NCBI GenBank assembly: GCA_963703225.1
Contig: OY969801.1
Coordinates: 416,001-480,000 of the forward strand
DNA: 64,000 nt
Direction of reading: 5' to 3'
Source of the DNA: Candidatus Eiseniibacteriota bacterium
GTDB lineage: Bacteria > Eisenbacteria > RBG-16-71-46 > SZUA-252
The translations under genes were made by a program, and so were the position numbers. Below the pieces are notes generated by a model that had not been told where the DNA came from, did no database searches, and saw nothing but the letters and a program-made list of their open reading frames with translations. Positions 18,509 to 28,091 of this stretch are shown in pieces. Every line of letters begins with the position of its first letter. Within the stretch, counting starts at the first letter, position 1.

Positions 18509-20392
18509 TCACAGGAAGCTCCCGCCCCAGATTTCCAAGATCAGGAGCGACCAGAGCAAGTGCGATCGCGCGCGTCCGCCGTTCCGTTGGTCATCCCAAA
18601 CGGATCGGACGGCACGGATATCAAGAAAAGTGGACAAAAACGAGTCTCCACCCAAGACTCGGCTCTCGAAAACGGGTCCAAGCTTGGTGCGTGCGAGCCA
18701 TGAAGATAGCGGCGGAGTGAAGCCGCGCTTTCGCCGCTTGATCGCGCCGCGCGGGACGAGATCGCGCAGCGACTCCTTGAAGAGGCGCTTTCCACGACCC
18801 GATCCAATCTTGAGGCCAGATGGAATCGCGGCGGCGTGTTCGACGAGGGCGTGATCGAGGAGCGGGACTCGAACCTCGAGTCCGTGAGCCATGCTGGCAC
18901 GATCCACCTTTGTCAGAATTCCGTCGGCAAGGTATGTCTTGAAATCCCAGTACTGCAAGCGCGAGGTCGAATCCCATTCCATCGACGGTCTGACCCATTC
19001 TTCCACGATCGAGAAGGGGTCGTAGCCCTGGAGGGATCTTAGGAACGATCGGCTGTAGACGGCGCTCCGGGTGGCCGCATCCATTCGTGTCATTTCGTTC
19101 CAATAGACTCGTTCCGGCGGGAGAGCCGCGTCCGCTAGCAAGCGCCGCACGCGCTTTGATGGGAGCCCCCATGTTCCGGCCGGAGTCAGCCGCGCACCTA
19201 CGTGGAATAGCGTCGGCGCCAACCACGAAGGAACGAGGTCCCGCAGCGTCTGCAGGTTCCTGTGCATCCTATATCTCTTGTACCCACCGAAGTTCTCGTC
19301 ACCTCCATCTCCGGAAAGACATACGGTGACTCCCCGGCGAGCCCCCTCGCAGAGAAGAAACGTGGGTACGGCGGAGGGATCGGCGAACGGCTCGTCGTAG
19401 TGCCAGGCGAGACGGCTCAATACCTCGACCGTCGGGCACGGGATCGCGATCTCCTTCCAGCTTGCGGCGGACCACATCGCGGCCTGCTCGGCGAATTCGC
19501 GGTCCTCGTCGCGGGTGCCGGGAAAGGTCGCCGTGAACGCCGGGATTTCGGCGCCTTTCTTCTCCGCCATCAGGGCCAGCACGGCCGCCGAGTCGATTCC
19601 TCCGGAAAGAAGTGTTCCCACGGGTACGTCGGAGACGAGGTGGCAGGCGACAGACTCTCGAACAACAGTCTGTAGCGCCATGGCGGAATCGCGGGCACCG
19701 AGACGATTTCGAGGAGTGAAATCCAGATCCCAGTACATCGCCCCCACTGGTCCGGAGGCTGTCACCCGGAGCATGTGCCCCGCGCGAAGTTTTCGAACCC
19801 CTTGGAACACGGTGCGAGGCGAGGGAACATACCCGAGCGCGAGGAAATCGTCGATGGCGCGCTCGTCGATCTTGCGGGCGACCTTGGCGTGCTGCAAGAT
19901 CGCCTTCAGCTCCGACCCGAAGAGAAAGCGCGTCCCGTCCCAGAAGTAATAGAGGGGCTTGATTCCCACCCGGTCGCGAGCCAACCACAGCTTGCGCTCT
20001 CGCCGATCCCAGATCGCGAACGCGAACATTCCGCGCAGGTGGTGGACGCAATACTCTCCCCAGGTCTCATACAATCGCAGCAACACCTCCGCATCGCCCA
20101 TCGTCCGAAATCGACTTCCATGGCGCCGCAGCTCGTCCCTCAATTCCCTAAAGTTGTAGATTTCTCCATTGAGCACGACCGCAGTCAAGCCGTCTTCGCT
20201 CACGATGGGTTGGTGTCCTCCTTCGACATCGATCACGGCCAGGCGGCTGTGGGCAAGCCCGGCTTGGCCGTCGCGATGGATGCCCGCTCCGTCGGGCCCT
20301 CGATGCGACAAGACGGAATTCATGCGGAGGAGGAGATCGTCGGATTCGAACTCCGTTGGCGAGGGTGAGAAAAACCCTGCGATCCCGCACAT
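18509..20392 (-). CDS. asnB: Asparagine synthase (glutamine-hydrolysing)-family amidotransferase
   Basis: MCGIAG N-terminus at ATG 20392, HRGPD, NGEIYN, ARDRVGIKPLYY, LSGGIDS, SGDGGDE, KVDRASMAHGLEVRVP. Confidence 0.93.
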   Translation of the reverse strand: MCGIAGFFSPSPTEFESDDLLLRMNSVLSHRGPDGAGIHRDGQAGLAHSRLAVIDVEGGHQPIVSEDGLTAVVLNGEIYNFRELRDELRRHGSRFRTMGDAEVLLRLYETWGEYCVHHLRGMFAFAIWDRRERKLWLARDRVGIKPLYYFWDGTRFLFGSELKAILQHAKVARKIDERAIDDFLALGYVPSPRTVFQGVRKLRAGHMLRVTASGPVGAMYWDLDFTPRNRLGARDSAMALQTVVRESVACHLVSDVPVGTLLSGGIDSAAVLALMAEKKGAEIPAFTATFPGTRDEDREFAEQAAMWSAASWKEIAIPCPTVEVLSRLAWHYDEPFADPSAVPTFLLCEGARRGVTVCLSGDGGDENFGGYKRYRMHRNLQTLRDLVPSWLAPTLFHVGARLTPAGTWGLPSKRVRRLLADAALPPERVYWNEMTRMDAATRSAVYSRSFLRSLQGYDPFSIVEEWVRPSMEWDSTSRLQYWDFKTYLADGILTKVDRASMAHGLEVRVPLLDHALVEHAAAIPSGLKIGSGRGKRLFKESLRDLVPRGAIKRRKRGFTPPLSSWLARTKLGPVFESRVLGGDSFLSTFLDIRAVRSVWDDQRNGGRARSHLLWSLLILEIWGGSFL

Positions 20393-20645
20393 TACTTGCG
20401 CCTCGTTCCCATCAAGTCGAGCGGGTGGCGGTTTGCCATATCCGACGAGTTCTACGCGTCGAACCTGAACCACCTCCTAACAGTGGCGGAGCGATCAGCG
20501 GGCGGGTCGGAGCAGCATCGACTCCAGGAGCGCGTCAACCGAGTGCGGGAATTTGCGGCGGGCGGAGCGCCGGGGCGCGGCGCCGGGGACTATCCGGCGG
20601 CCCTCACGATCGGACGGGGCCTCGGGTCTGTATGGCGACTCCAGT

Positions 20646-22073
20646 TCAAGACAGGTCGGGGCGGCGGGTGTGCCACTCGGTCGCCCGCTCGTAGGCGTAC
20701 GCGATCCGCAGCGCCATCTCCTCGTGGAACGGCTTCGCGTAGATCATGAGACCGATCGGCAGCCCTTTCGAGGTGAACCCGCAGGGAAGCGAGACCGCGC
20801 ACAGATTGAAATAATTTCCGATGCCGGCATTTCGGTGCATCCGGATGTTGAGTTTCCCGTACGCATCGAGGCTCGCGTCGGCGTCCGCCAGCGAGGGAGC
20901 GGGAATCGCCGTCGTGGGCACGATGAACGCGTCCACGTCCCGAAGGCGCTTCAACGCTTGCTCGCGCAAAGCCCCGAATCGCCGCTCGAGATGGAAGTAC
21001 TCGGTCGCCAGGAGCGATCGGCCCGGGATCATGCGCGCCGAGACGATAGGGTCGAGCTCCTCGAAATGCCGATCGAGCAGCTCCCGATTGTTGTAACAGG
21101 CCTCCGCCGCGACATACTGGGACCGATTCTTCTCCCTCCAGATCTCGGCGACCTCGGGAAACTCCCGGCTCTCGACCTTGGCGCCCAGGGAGCGGATGAC
21201 CCCGCCGGCCGCGCGCACAGCGCTCTCGATTTCGGGATCCACGTCGTCGAAAAAAGTCGTCTCCCCGAACGCCACCGACAGCCCCTTCACGCCGTCCTTG
21301 AGCCCGCCCAGCGCGTCGTGCGGGGCAATCTCGACCGTGACGCGGTCCAGGGGATCCGGTCCCTGCAGGGCCTGGTAGACGAGGGCCGCGTCCTCGACCG
21401 ATCGTGTGAGCGGCCCAACGCTGTCGAACGTCCAGCTCAGCGGGTAGACCCCCGCTCGGCTGATCCTGCCGACCGTGGTCTTGAGCCCCACAATCCCACA
21501 CAGCGCCGCCGGGATCCGCACCGATCCGCCGGTGTCCGTGCCCAGCGCCATCGGCGCCAGCCCGGCCGCGACCGCGACGGCGCTCCCGCTCGAAGAGCCG
21601 CCCGGCGCGTGCGGCACCCGGTGCCACGGGTTCAACGGCGTTCCCTGGTCGTGGTTGATCCCGATGGTTCCGTAGGCGAGCTGAATCGTGTGGGTCTTCC
21701 CGAGAAGGACCATGCCCGCCTCGGCGAGCTTGCGGATCACGGTGCAGTCGGCCGCGGCGATGTTGTTCGCGAGGAGGCGCGTCCCCGCGGTGGTGGGCGC
21801 TCCCGCGACGTCGAAGAGATCCTTCGCGGCGTACGGAATTCCGTCCAGCGGGCCCCGGTCCCGCCCGCTCTTTCGCGCGCCTTCCGCGGCGCGGGCTTCG
21901 GCGAGCGCGCGTTCATGCAGGACCAGGAGAAAGGAGTGGAGCCTCGCGTCGAGCGCGGCGACACGCTCCAGCGAGTGCTCCGCGAGCGCCGCCGGCCCGA
22001 GGCTCCCCGTCCGGATGCGGGCCGCGAGGCCGGTGATAGAATCAAACGCGAGGGAGGAGTCGGCCCGGATCAT
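20646..22073 (-). CDS. Amidase-signature family enzyme (GatA/AtzE-like paralogue)
   Basis: PLDGIPYAAKD, PGGSSSGSAVAVAAG, GTDTGGSVRIPAALCG, GLPIG. Confidence 0.92.
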   Translation of the reverse strand: MIRADSSLAFDSITGLAARIRTGSLGPAALAEHSLERVAALDARLHSFLLVLHERALAEARAAEGARKSGRDRGPLDGIPYAAKDLFDVAGAPTTAGTRLLANNIAAADCTVIRKLAEAGMVLLGKTHTIQLAYGTIGINHDQGTPLNPWHRVPHAPGGSSSGSAVAVAAGLAPMALGTDTGGSVRIPAALCGIVGLKTTVGRISRAGVYPLSWTFDSVGPLTRSVEDAALVYQALQGPDPLDRVTVEIAPHDALGGLKDGVKGLSVAFGETTFFDDVDPEIESAVRAAGGVIRSLGAKVESREFPEVAEIWREKNRSQYVAAEACYNNRELLDRHFEELDPIVSARMIPGRSLLATEYFHLERRFGALREQALKRLRDVDAFIVPTTAIPAPSLADADASLDAYGKLNIRMHRNAGIGNYFNLCAVSLPCGFTSKGLPIGLMIYAKPFHEEMALRIAYAYERATEWHTRRPDLS

Positions 22074-22108
22074 GATGACGGTGGATGATACTCCCAAGGA
22101 TAGGCACG

Positions 22109-23152
22109 ATGCCGAGATCGAACCTGTTGGCGATGCCGGACGCGCGATTCTGGGCGATGCTCCTCGCTGGTTTCGTGGCTGCCTTTCCCCCTGGCACCGG
22201 CCGCGCAGCCTCGACGGGCGCGAGCGAGAATACCAAGGTGACCCTTCTCTCCGAACAGAGCTCGGTCCGGCCGGGCGCGCCGTTTACCGTCGGTCTTCGG
22301 ATGGAAATGAGAGACGGGTGGCACACCTACTGGAAGAATCCCGGTGACTCCGGCCTGCCGCTCCGGATCGAATGGAAGCTGCCGGAGGGATTCTCGGCCG
22401 GCCCGATCGACTGGCCGGCCCCCGAGCGCATGCCGACCGGCCCCGAAATGAGCTACGGCTACGCCGGAGAGGTGCTCTTGCCGATCCTCATCACGCCGCC
22501 GGAGAAGATCACCGCGTCTTCGATCACCATCGGGGGCACGTTCCGGTGGCTCGAATGTAACGAGGTCTGCCTCCCCGGCTCGGCCACGCTCGACCTCTCG
22601 CTGCCGGTGGGAACGGAGGTGCCGGCTGCGAGCCCCGCGGCGCCGCTCTTCGCCGAAGCGCGGTCTCGAATGCCTCTGGACGCGGCGAGACTGGGCTTGG
22701 CCGCGGAGGCGGGGCCGCGCGCCATCTCCATTTCGTTTCGCCTGCCCCAGGGGACCGCTCCGCGCGATCCATACTTCTTCGTCGACCAGCCCTTGATCGC
22801 GGACTACGCGGCTCCACAGGCTTGGGAGCCGGTCCGTGGGGGATATCGCCTCACCATGACCCCCGCGCCGAACACGGCCGGGCCGCCCGCGCGTCTCACC
22901 GGCGTCCTGGTCACCCGGGACCGGCCGCGACCGGCCGCGCAGGCCGCCTTCAGGGTGGACGTGGCCGTCGTCCCGGGCGACCCGTCGCCCGCGGGGAGGG
23001 CCGCCAGAAACGAGAGCCCGCCATTCTCTTGGTACGCGGCCGCGCTGGGCCTCGCGGGGGTGGGATTGGCATTTTGGATCCGCCGAAAGGCGTCGGTGCG
23101 GCGGGAGGGACCGCCGCGCCAAGGAACCGGTGGCGGGGAAACGGGGATATAG
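22109..23152 (+). CDS. DsbD N-terminal (DsbC-like) domain protein with C-terminal membrane anchor
   Basis: GWHTYWKNPGDSG, IDWPAP, WLECNEVCLPG; one C-terminal hydrophobic segment. Confidence 0.85.
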   Translation: MPRSNLLAMPDARFWAMLLAGFVAAFPPGTGRAASTGASENTKVTLLSEQSSVRPGAPFTVGLRMEMRDGWHTYWKNPGDSGLPLRIEWKLPEGFSAGPIDWPAPERMPTGPEMSYGYAGEVLLPILITPPEKITASSITIGGTFRWLECNEVCLPGSATLDLSLPVGTEVPAASPAAPLFAEARSRMPLDAARLGLAAEAGPRAISISFRLPQGTAPRDPYFFVDQPLIADYAAPQAWEPVRGGYRLTMTPAPNTAGPPARLTGVLVTRDRPRPAAQAAFRVDVAVVPGDPSPAGRAARNESPPFSWYAAALGLAGVGLAFWIRRKASVRREGPPRQGTGGGETGI

Positions 23153-23198
23153 TGGTGGATCGGCATCGTCGAACGGACCGCAACTCTAGGGAGAGATC

Positions 23199-23801
23199 AT
23201 GATTCGAAATGCTGCGATCGCCTGCGCCTTGTTCTTGGTCGGAGTTTCAACCGCGCACGCCGCGGCGATCGTCGGAAAGGCGGCTCCGCCGATCGATCTC
23301 CGCGACATCAACGGCAAGTCCGTCCGCCTCGATTCGTTCAAAGGGAAGTACGTCGTGGTGGAGTGGGTGAACTTCCAGTGCCCGTTCGTCAAGAAGCAGT
23401 ACGGGAGCGGCAACATGCAGCGGCTCCAGAAGGAATTCACCAAGAAGGGCGTCGTTTGGCTGACGATCTGCTCCTCGGCGGAGGGAAAGCAGGGGTACAT
23501 GACCGCGTCCGAGGCGAAGACGCTGGCCAAGGAGCGGAGCGCCTCTCCGACCCACTTCCTGCTCGACCCGAAGGGGACGGTGGGGAAGGAATATGGCGCC
23601 AAGACGACCCCGCACATGTTCGTCATCGACTCCAAGGGTACCGTCGTCTACAACGGCGCGATCGACGACAAACCGTCGACCGATCAGGCCGACATCCCCG
23701 GAGCCAGGAACTACGTCGCCGCGGCCCTCGACGAGTCGATGTCGGGCAAGAAGGTGGAGACCGCGGCCACCCAGCCGTACGGCTGCAGCGTCAAGTACTG
23801 A
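23199..23801 (+). CDS. Exported redoxin (AhpC/TSA, thioredoxin fold)
   Basis: Signal peptide; EWVNFQCPFV, YGAKTTPHMFVI, YNGAIDD, PYGCSVKY. Confidence 0.9.
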   Translation: MIRNAAIACALFLVGVSTAHAAAIVGKAAPPIDLRDINGKSVRLDSFKGKYVVVEWVNFQCPFVKKQYGSGNMQRLQKEFTKKGVVWLTICSSAEGKQGYMTASEAKTLAKERSASPTHFLLDPKGTVGKEYGAKTTPHMFVIDSKGTVVYNGAIDDKPSTDQADIPGARNYVAAALDESMSGKKVETAATQPYGCSVKY

Positions 23802-24447
23802 GAACGGAAAGGCCCGCTGCCAATCCCGAGTCCCGCCCCGCATCGGCCATCGCCCGGGCGAGCGATGGGATGTCATCGACGTCATACCAGACCGGGAGTT
23901 CATGGACCGACAACCCGAGCGCGCGGGCGCGCTCGAGCGTCCTTGCCGTGACATCGGCCGTGCTCCAGGGAATTTCGTTGAACACCTCGGGCACGTCGTC
24001 CCTGGAGCCGATCAGGTAGTAGCCGCCGTCTTCGCAGGGTCCGATCACCAGATCGTGGGTATCCAGCGCGGCGATCGCGTCGGAGATCCACCTCGGGTCG
24101 AGCGTCGGGCTGTCGGACCCGATCGCGATCGTCTTGCCCGCCCCGCCCTCGCGCAGCACCCGGTACGCGGCCCGAAGCCGCTCACCCAGATCGCCCCTCG
24201 CTTGCGGCACGATCGGGACGCCGAGCGCCCCGGCGAGGTCCAAGAGCGCGGAGTCGGCTATCCCGTCGAGAAAGAGCGTGAAGGGCGCGGCCACCGCGGG
24301 CACGAAGCGGCGGAGCGAGATCTCGAGGCAGCCGCGGGCGATGCGCGCCGCCGCGTCGGGCGTCAGGGGCGGCACCATGCGCGTCTTGACCCGCCCCGGT
24401 ATCGGGGCCTTGGCGAAGAACGCGATGGCGGCGCCCCCGACCTTCAC
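23791..24447 (-). CDS. DUF2064/TIGR04282-type nucleotide-diphospho-sugar transferase
   Basis: FAKAPIPGRVKTR, QARGDLGERL, IGSDSPTL, GPCEDGGYYLIG, WYDVDD. Confidence 0.88.
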   Translation of the reverse strand: MKVGGAAIAFFAKAPIPGRVKTRMVPPLTPDAAARIARGCLEISLRRFVPAVAAPFTLFLDGIADSALLDLAGALGVPIVPQARGDLGERLRAAYRVLREGGAGKTIAIGSDSPTLDPRWISDAIAALDTHDLVIGPCEDGGYYLIGSRDDVPEVFNEIPWSTADVTARTLERARALGLSVHELPVWYDVDDIPSLARAMADAGRDSGLAAGLSVLST

Positions 24448-25373
24448 CGCGAGCGCGCCACCTTCCGGGCGCCCGCCGCGGGACGGAGCTTCTCCAGGGC
24501 GGGGAGCGGCCCCGACGTGCGCCTCAGGTGAAACAGGATCTGCTGCAGGTAGCCGCGCCCCGGCCCCAGCCTGGCGGCCCATTGTGTCAGCTCGTCATCG
24601 CGCGCGCGTCGGCGAGCCGACAGCTCCAGGGTCGCCCGGCGGATCCAGCGGTCGATCGGATACGCTTCGAGGCGATCGAGTCCAAAGAGCAGCGCGCAGT
24701 CGGCGATCTTGGGGCCGACGCCGGGAAGCGAAACCAGCCGCGATCGGACTTGCTCGATCGGAGCCGTGCGCATCCAGTCCCACGACCAGGCGCTGTCCCC
24801 CGCGATCGTGCGAGCGGTCGCGAGGAGATAGGGTGCCCGAAATCCGAGGCCCAACGCGCGAAGATCGCCTTCGCGTACGCGCGCGACCGCCTCGGCGGGA
24901 GGGAACGAGCGCCGCAGGGAGCCCTCGATCGGATCGCCCCACGCACCCGCCAGTCCTTCCACACAAGTCGTGATCTTTCGGATATTGGCGGCGGCCGAGC
25001 AGATGAACGACGCCAGGGTCTCCCACGGATCCTGACGGAGCAGCCGAAGGCCCAGGAGCGGCATGAACCCCGGCACCGAGCGAAGCTCCTCGGCATGCTT
25101 CAGGTGAATCGTCGGGTCCTCGTCGAGCCTCAGGTATCGCTCCAGCGCCTCCTGGCCGGGGTCGTCGCCGCGGGTCTCGAGGGTGAGCGCGGCGGGGCCG
25201 TCGCGGGCCGTGCGGGGCGCCAGGGCGATCACGCGAACCTCGGATCGGCCGACGATCCCGCTCCACCAGCCTGATTCCCGGATCCAGCGGAAGGCCTGGC
25301 CGCAGGCGAAGGTGAGGTCGAGATCGAGCGGGCCCTGGACGAGGAGCCGATGGTTCGTTGCGGGGGCCTTCAT
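24444..25373 (-). CDS. 8-oxoguanine DNA glycosylase (Ogg1-like, HhH-GPD)
   Basis: TFACGQAFRW, LRQDPWETLASFICS, LGFRAPY, LPGVGPKIADC, YPIDRW. Confidence 0.9.
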   Translation of the reverse strand: MKAPATNHRLLVQGPLDLDLTFACGQAFRWIRESGWWSGIVGRSEVRVIALAPRTARDGPAALTLETRGDDPGQEALERYLRLDEDPTIHLKHAEELRSVPGFMPLLGLRLLRQDPWETLASFICSAAANIRKITTCVEGLAGAWGDPIEGSLRRSFPPAEAVARVREGDLRALGLGFRAPYLLATARTIAGDSAWSWDWMRTAPIEQVRSRLVSLPGVGPKIADCALLFGLDRLEAYPIDRWIRRATLELSARRRARDDELTQWAARLGPGRGYLQQILFHLRRTSGPLPALEKLRPAAGARKVARSR

Positions 25374-25461
25374 GCACGGAAATTTACACGATCGCGGCGC
25401 CCTCCGCCCGGTTCCCGTTGACGCTTCGAGAAGACGCGTGGGAAGATTCGAACGGCCTACC

Positions 25462-26070
25462 ATGAATCCACAAACCATGAAGATCTCGTTTTGTGCCGCG
25501 GCGTTTCGCGCGGGGGTGCTGTTCGCCCTTCTGGCGTCGCTCGCGTTCCCGGCTTTCGGGACTCCGGATCGGGCGGCCGCCGCCCCTGGCGCCGCCACCG
25601 GGAGCGCGGACGTTCGCCTCGTGCGGCTTCTCTCCGACATTCCCGATTCCCTGCGCCTCGGCACGGAGCGGCTCCACGATCTTCGCGTCCGCCTGGTGGA
25701 GGGGAACGTTCTGGTGTTCCGGAAGGGAGGCGAGTTTGCCGCGCTGCTTCCGATCGAGCAAATCGCCGGGAGCCCGGACTCCCTGCGCTATTTCTACTAC
25801 GTCGAAAAGCCGGCCTTTCTCTGGGTCTTCGCCGGGGCGCGCACCAAGGGAATCCTCACGGTTCCGGACGGCGGCACGCTCCAGTTCAATTCGTTCCGTC
25901 TCCGCTGGGGGCGCGGCGACGACGGCCCGGGCTGGATCTACTTTCCGGACGACCCCGTGAACGATCGAGTGCGCTTTTCCGTGGTCAGCGGGCAGTCGGT
26001 CGACCAGGCCGATCCCAAGGACACCAAGTACTGGGTTGAGCTGGGCGCGGAATTGAAGGCGGGGTTCTAG
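25462..26070 (+). CDS. Hypothetical exported protein
   Basis: Signal-like N-terminus, host-like codon usage, 6 nt gap to next gene. Confidence 0.65.
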   Translation: MNPQTMKISFCAAAFRAGVLFALLASLAFPAFGTPDRAAAAPGAATGSADVRLVRLLSDIPDSLRLGTERLHDLRVRLVEGNVLVFRKGGEFAALLPIEQIAGSPDSLRYFYYVEKPAFLWVFAGARTKGILTVPDGGTLQFNSFRLRWGRGDDGPGWIYFPDDPVNDRVRFSVVSGQSVDQADPKDTKYWVELGAELKAGF

Positions 26071-26076
26071 GCCGCG

Positions 26077-26784
26077 ATGTGGGCGCGCATCCGGGATTAC
26101 TTACTCCGCAATTTCGGATTGAAGGTCGCCTCGCTCCTCCTGGCGCTCCTGTTCTACGCGCACGTCGTGACCGATCAGCAGAGGGAATCCCAGCTCGCGG
26201 TGCCGGTGACGCTCACGGGACTCAGCGACACCCTGGCGGTCGTGGGGAGCCCACCCCCCCGCGTCGCATTCAAGGTGCGCGGGAAGTGGAAGGACCTGAT
26301 CCGCCTCGGCCTGACGAACCCCTTCCTTTCCATCGACCTGGCCAACGCCTCGCCCGGCCGATTCCAGCGGACCATCTCGGTCGAGGACGTGCGCGAACGG
26401 GCGATCCCGGCCGAGCTGACCCGATCGCTGGACGTCACGGAGGTCGTGGAGCCGCGCCTGGTCGACGTCACGATCGAGCCGAAACGGGCCCGGACCGTTC
26501 CGCTGGCGGCCCGGGTGGTCGGGAGCCCCCATTTTGGGGTCGTCATCGAAGGCGCGATCCGGGTGGAGCCCGATTCGGCCCGAGTGGTGGGACCGGCGTC
26601 GGTGATCGAAGCCCTGGACACGCTTTACACACTCCCGGTTGACATCACGGGAGAACGAGAGAAAATCCAGCGCCAGGTTTTGCTAGACCTGGGCCCGAGC
26701 ACCGTTGCCGCGGAACCCCGGCGGTGCCTCGTAACCATCCGGTTCACCCGAGCCGCAGCAGAATCGACGCGGCTGCATCCGTGA
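26077..26784 (+). CDS. YbbR/CdaR-like domain protein
   Basis: [17 protein letters not shown]-terminal [21 protein letters not shown] YbbR-repeat motifs. Confidence 0.8.
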   Translation: MWARIRDYLLRNFGLKVASLLLALLFYAHVVTDQQRESQLAVPVTLTGLSDTLAVVGSPPPRVAFKVRGKWKDLIRLGLTNPFLSIDLANASPGRFQRTISVEDVRERAIPAELTRSLDVTEVVEPRLVDVTIEPKRARTVPLAARVVGSPHFGVVIEGAIRVEPDSARVVGPASVIEALDTLYTLPVDITGEREKIQRQVLLDLGPSTVAAEPRRCLVTIRFTRAAAESTRLHP

Positions 26785-26827
26785 GTTCGCGGTAGCGACA
26801 CAACATTCGAGAGGAGACCGAATCGAG

Positions 26828-27460
26828 ATGAAGCGAACCACCGACGCGACCCTTCCCGGCCCCAAGCCTCAGACGGCCTTCCCGGAAGTGGACCGGCGCA
26901 GAGTTCTGGAGGGGCTCACCCTCGTTCCCACGAAGATCTTCTTCACGAAGGGCGTGGGCAGCCACCGCGACGAGCTGCGCTCGTTTGAGCTGGCCCTGAA
27001 GGACGCGGGGATCGAGAAGCTGAACCTCGTGCACGTCTCGAGCATCTACCCGCCGCTCTGCAAGATCATCTCCAAGGAGGAGGGAGGAAAGCTGATCGCG
27101 CCCGGGAGCATCGCGTTCTGCGTGATGGCGCGCCAGGCCTCCAACGAGATGCGCCGCCTCATCGCGGCATCGATCGGATGCGCCCTCCCCGCCGACAAGA
27201 ACACCTACGGCTACCTGAGCGAGCACCACGCCTACGGCCAGACCGATGAGGTCGCGGGGGAGTTTGCGGAGGACATGGCGGCCTCCATGCTGGCCTCGAC
27301 GCTCGGTGTGGAATTCGACGAAAACGCGAACTGGGACGAGAAGGAGCAGGTCTTCAAGATTTCGGGAGATATCGTGCGAACTTTCAATGTGACCCAGTCG
27401 GCCGTGATTTCAGCGAAAGGTTGGACCACGGTGGTCGCGGCCGGGGTATTCATATTCTGA
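26828..27460 (+). CDS. pdaD: Pyruvoyl-dependent arginine decarboxylase
   Basis: [37 protein letters not shown] (Ser-Ser serinolysis site), [15 protein letters not shown]. Confidence 0.92.
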   Translation: MKRTTDATLPGPKPQTAFPEVDRRRVLEGLTLVPTKIFFTKGVGSHRDELRSFELALKDAGIEKLNLVHVSSIYPPLCKIISKEEGGKLIAPGSIAFCVMARQASNEMRRLIAASIGCALPADKNTYGYLSEHHAYGQTDEVAGEFAEDMAASMLASTLGVEFDENANWDEKEQVFKISGDIVRTFNVTQSAVISAKGWTTVVAAGVFIF

Positions 27461-27461
27461 T

Positions 27462-28091
27462 ATGGCTAGAATCGCGAGCCTGAGCGGTACGGCAATCGGA
27501 TGGATCCTAGCGTCCGGGCTTTTTGTGTCGATGCTCGGCTTTGGAGTTCAACCCGCGGCCGCGCACGATGGGCCGCACGGGGACTCCACGGCCACCGTGG
27601 CGCCCGCGCCCGAGACGGTCCAGACGCCGCCGGACTCCGCGAAGCCAACGGGGTCGACGCAGGAGTCGAAATCCAAATCGAAGGGGAAGTCCATGACCGT
27701 CCCTGGAACCATGCCGGTCAAGCCGGTGATAGCGCCCGCGCACGTGGAGGTGCAGCACATCCTGATCGGTTTCGTGGGATCGGTCCCGGGCAAGCAGATC
27801 ACCCGCACCAAGGAGCAGGCGAAGAAACTGGCCTACGAGCTCTTGGACAAGGCCCGAAAGGGCGCGAACTTCGACACCCTGGTGGCCCAGTACACGGACG
27901 ACAGCCCGCCTGGGATTTACAGGATGGGGGCCCCGTTTGTCTCTCGCACGCCAGGCGAGTATCCCCGCGAGAACATGGTGCCCGCCTTCGGAGACGTCGG
28001 GTTCTCGATCAGCCCCGGGAACATCGACATCGCGGACTACGATCCGGTGAAGAGCCCCTTCGGCTGGCACATCATCAAGCGACTGCGGTAG
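27462..28091 (+). CDS. Exported parvulin-type peptidyl-prolyl isomerase
   Basis: Signal peptide; VQHILIGF, MVPAFGDVGF, SPFGWHIIKR. Confidence 0.9.
   Translation: MARIASLSGTAIGWILASGLFVSMLGFGVQPAAAHDGPHGDSTATVAPAPETVQTPPDSAKPTGSTQESKSKSKGKSMTVPGTMPVKPVIAPAHVEVQHILIGFVGSVPGKQITRTKEQAKKLAYELLDKARKGANFDTLVAQYTDDSPPGIYRMGAPFVSRTPGEYPRENMVPAFGDVGFSISPGNIDIADYDPVKSPFGWHIIKRLR

Noticed and set aside
18509..20473. AsnB as a lasso-peptide cyclase with a small upstream precursor
   Set aside because: It has an intact MCGI glutaminase N-terminus, no B protein or RRE is nearby, and the 15-codon upstream ORF lacks lasso precursor features.
20450..20490. tRNA-like ggttcga and strong SD on the minus strand
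   Set aside because: No T-stem pairing and no start codon at SD distance.
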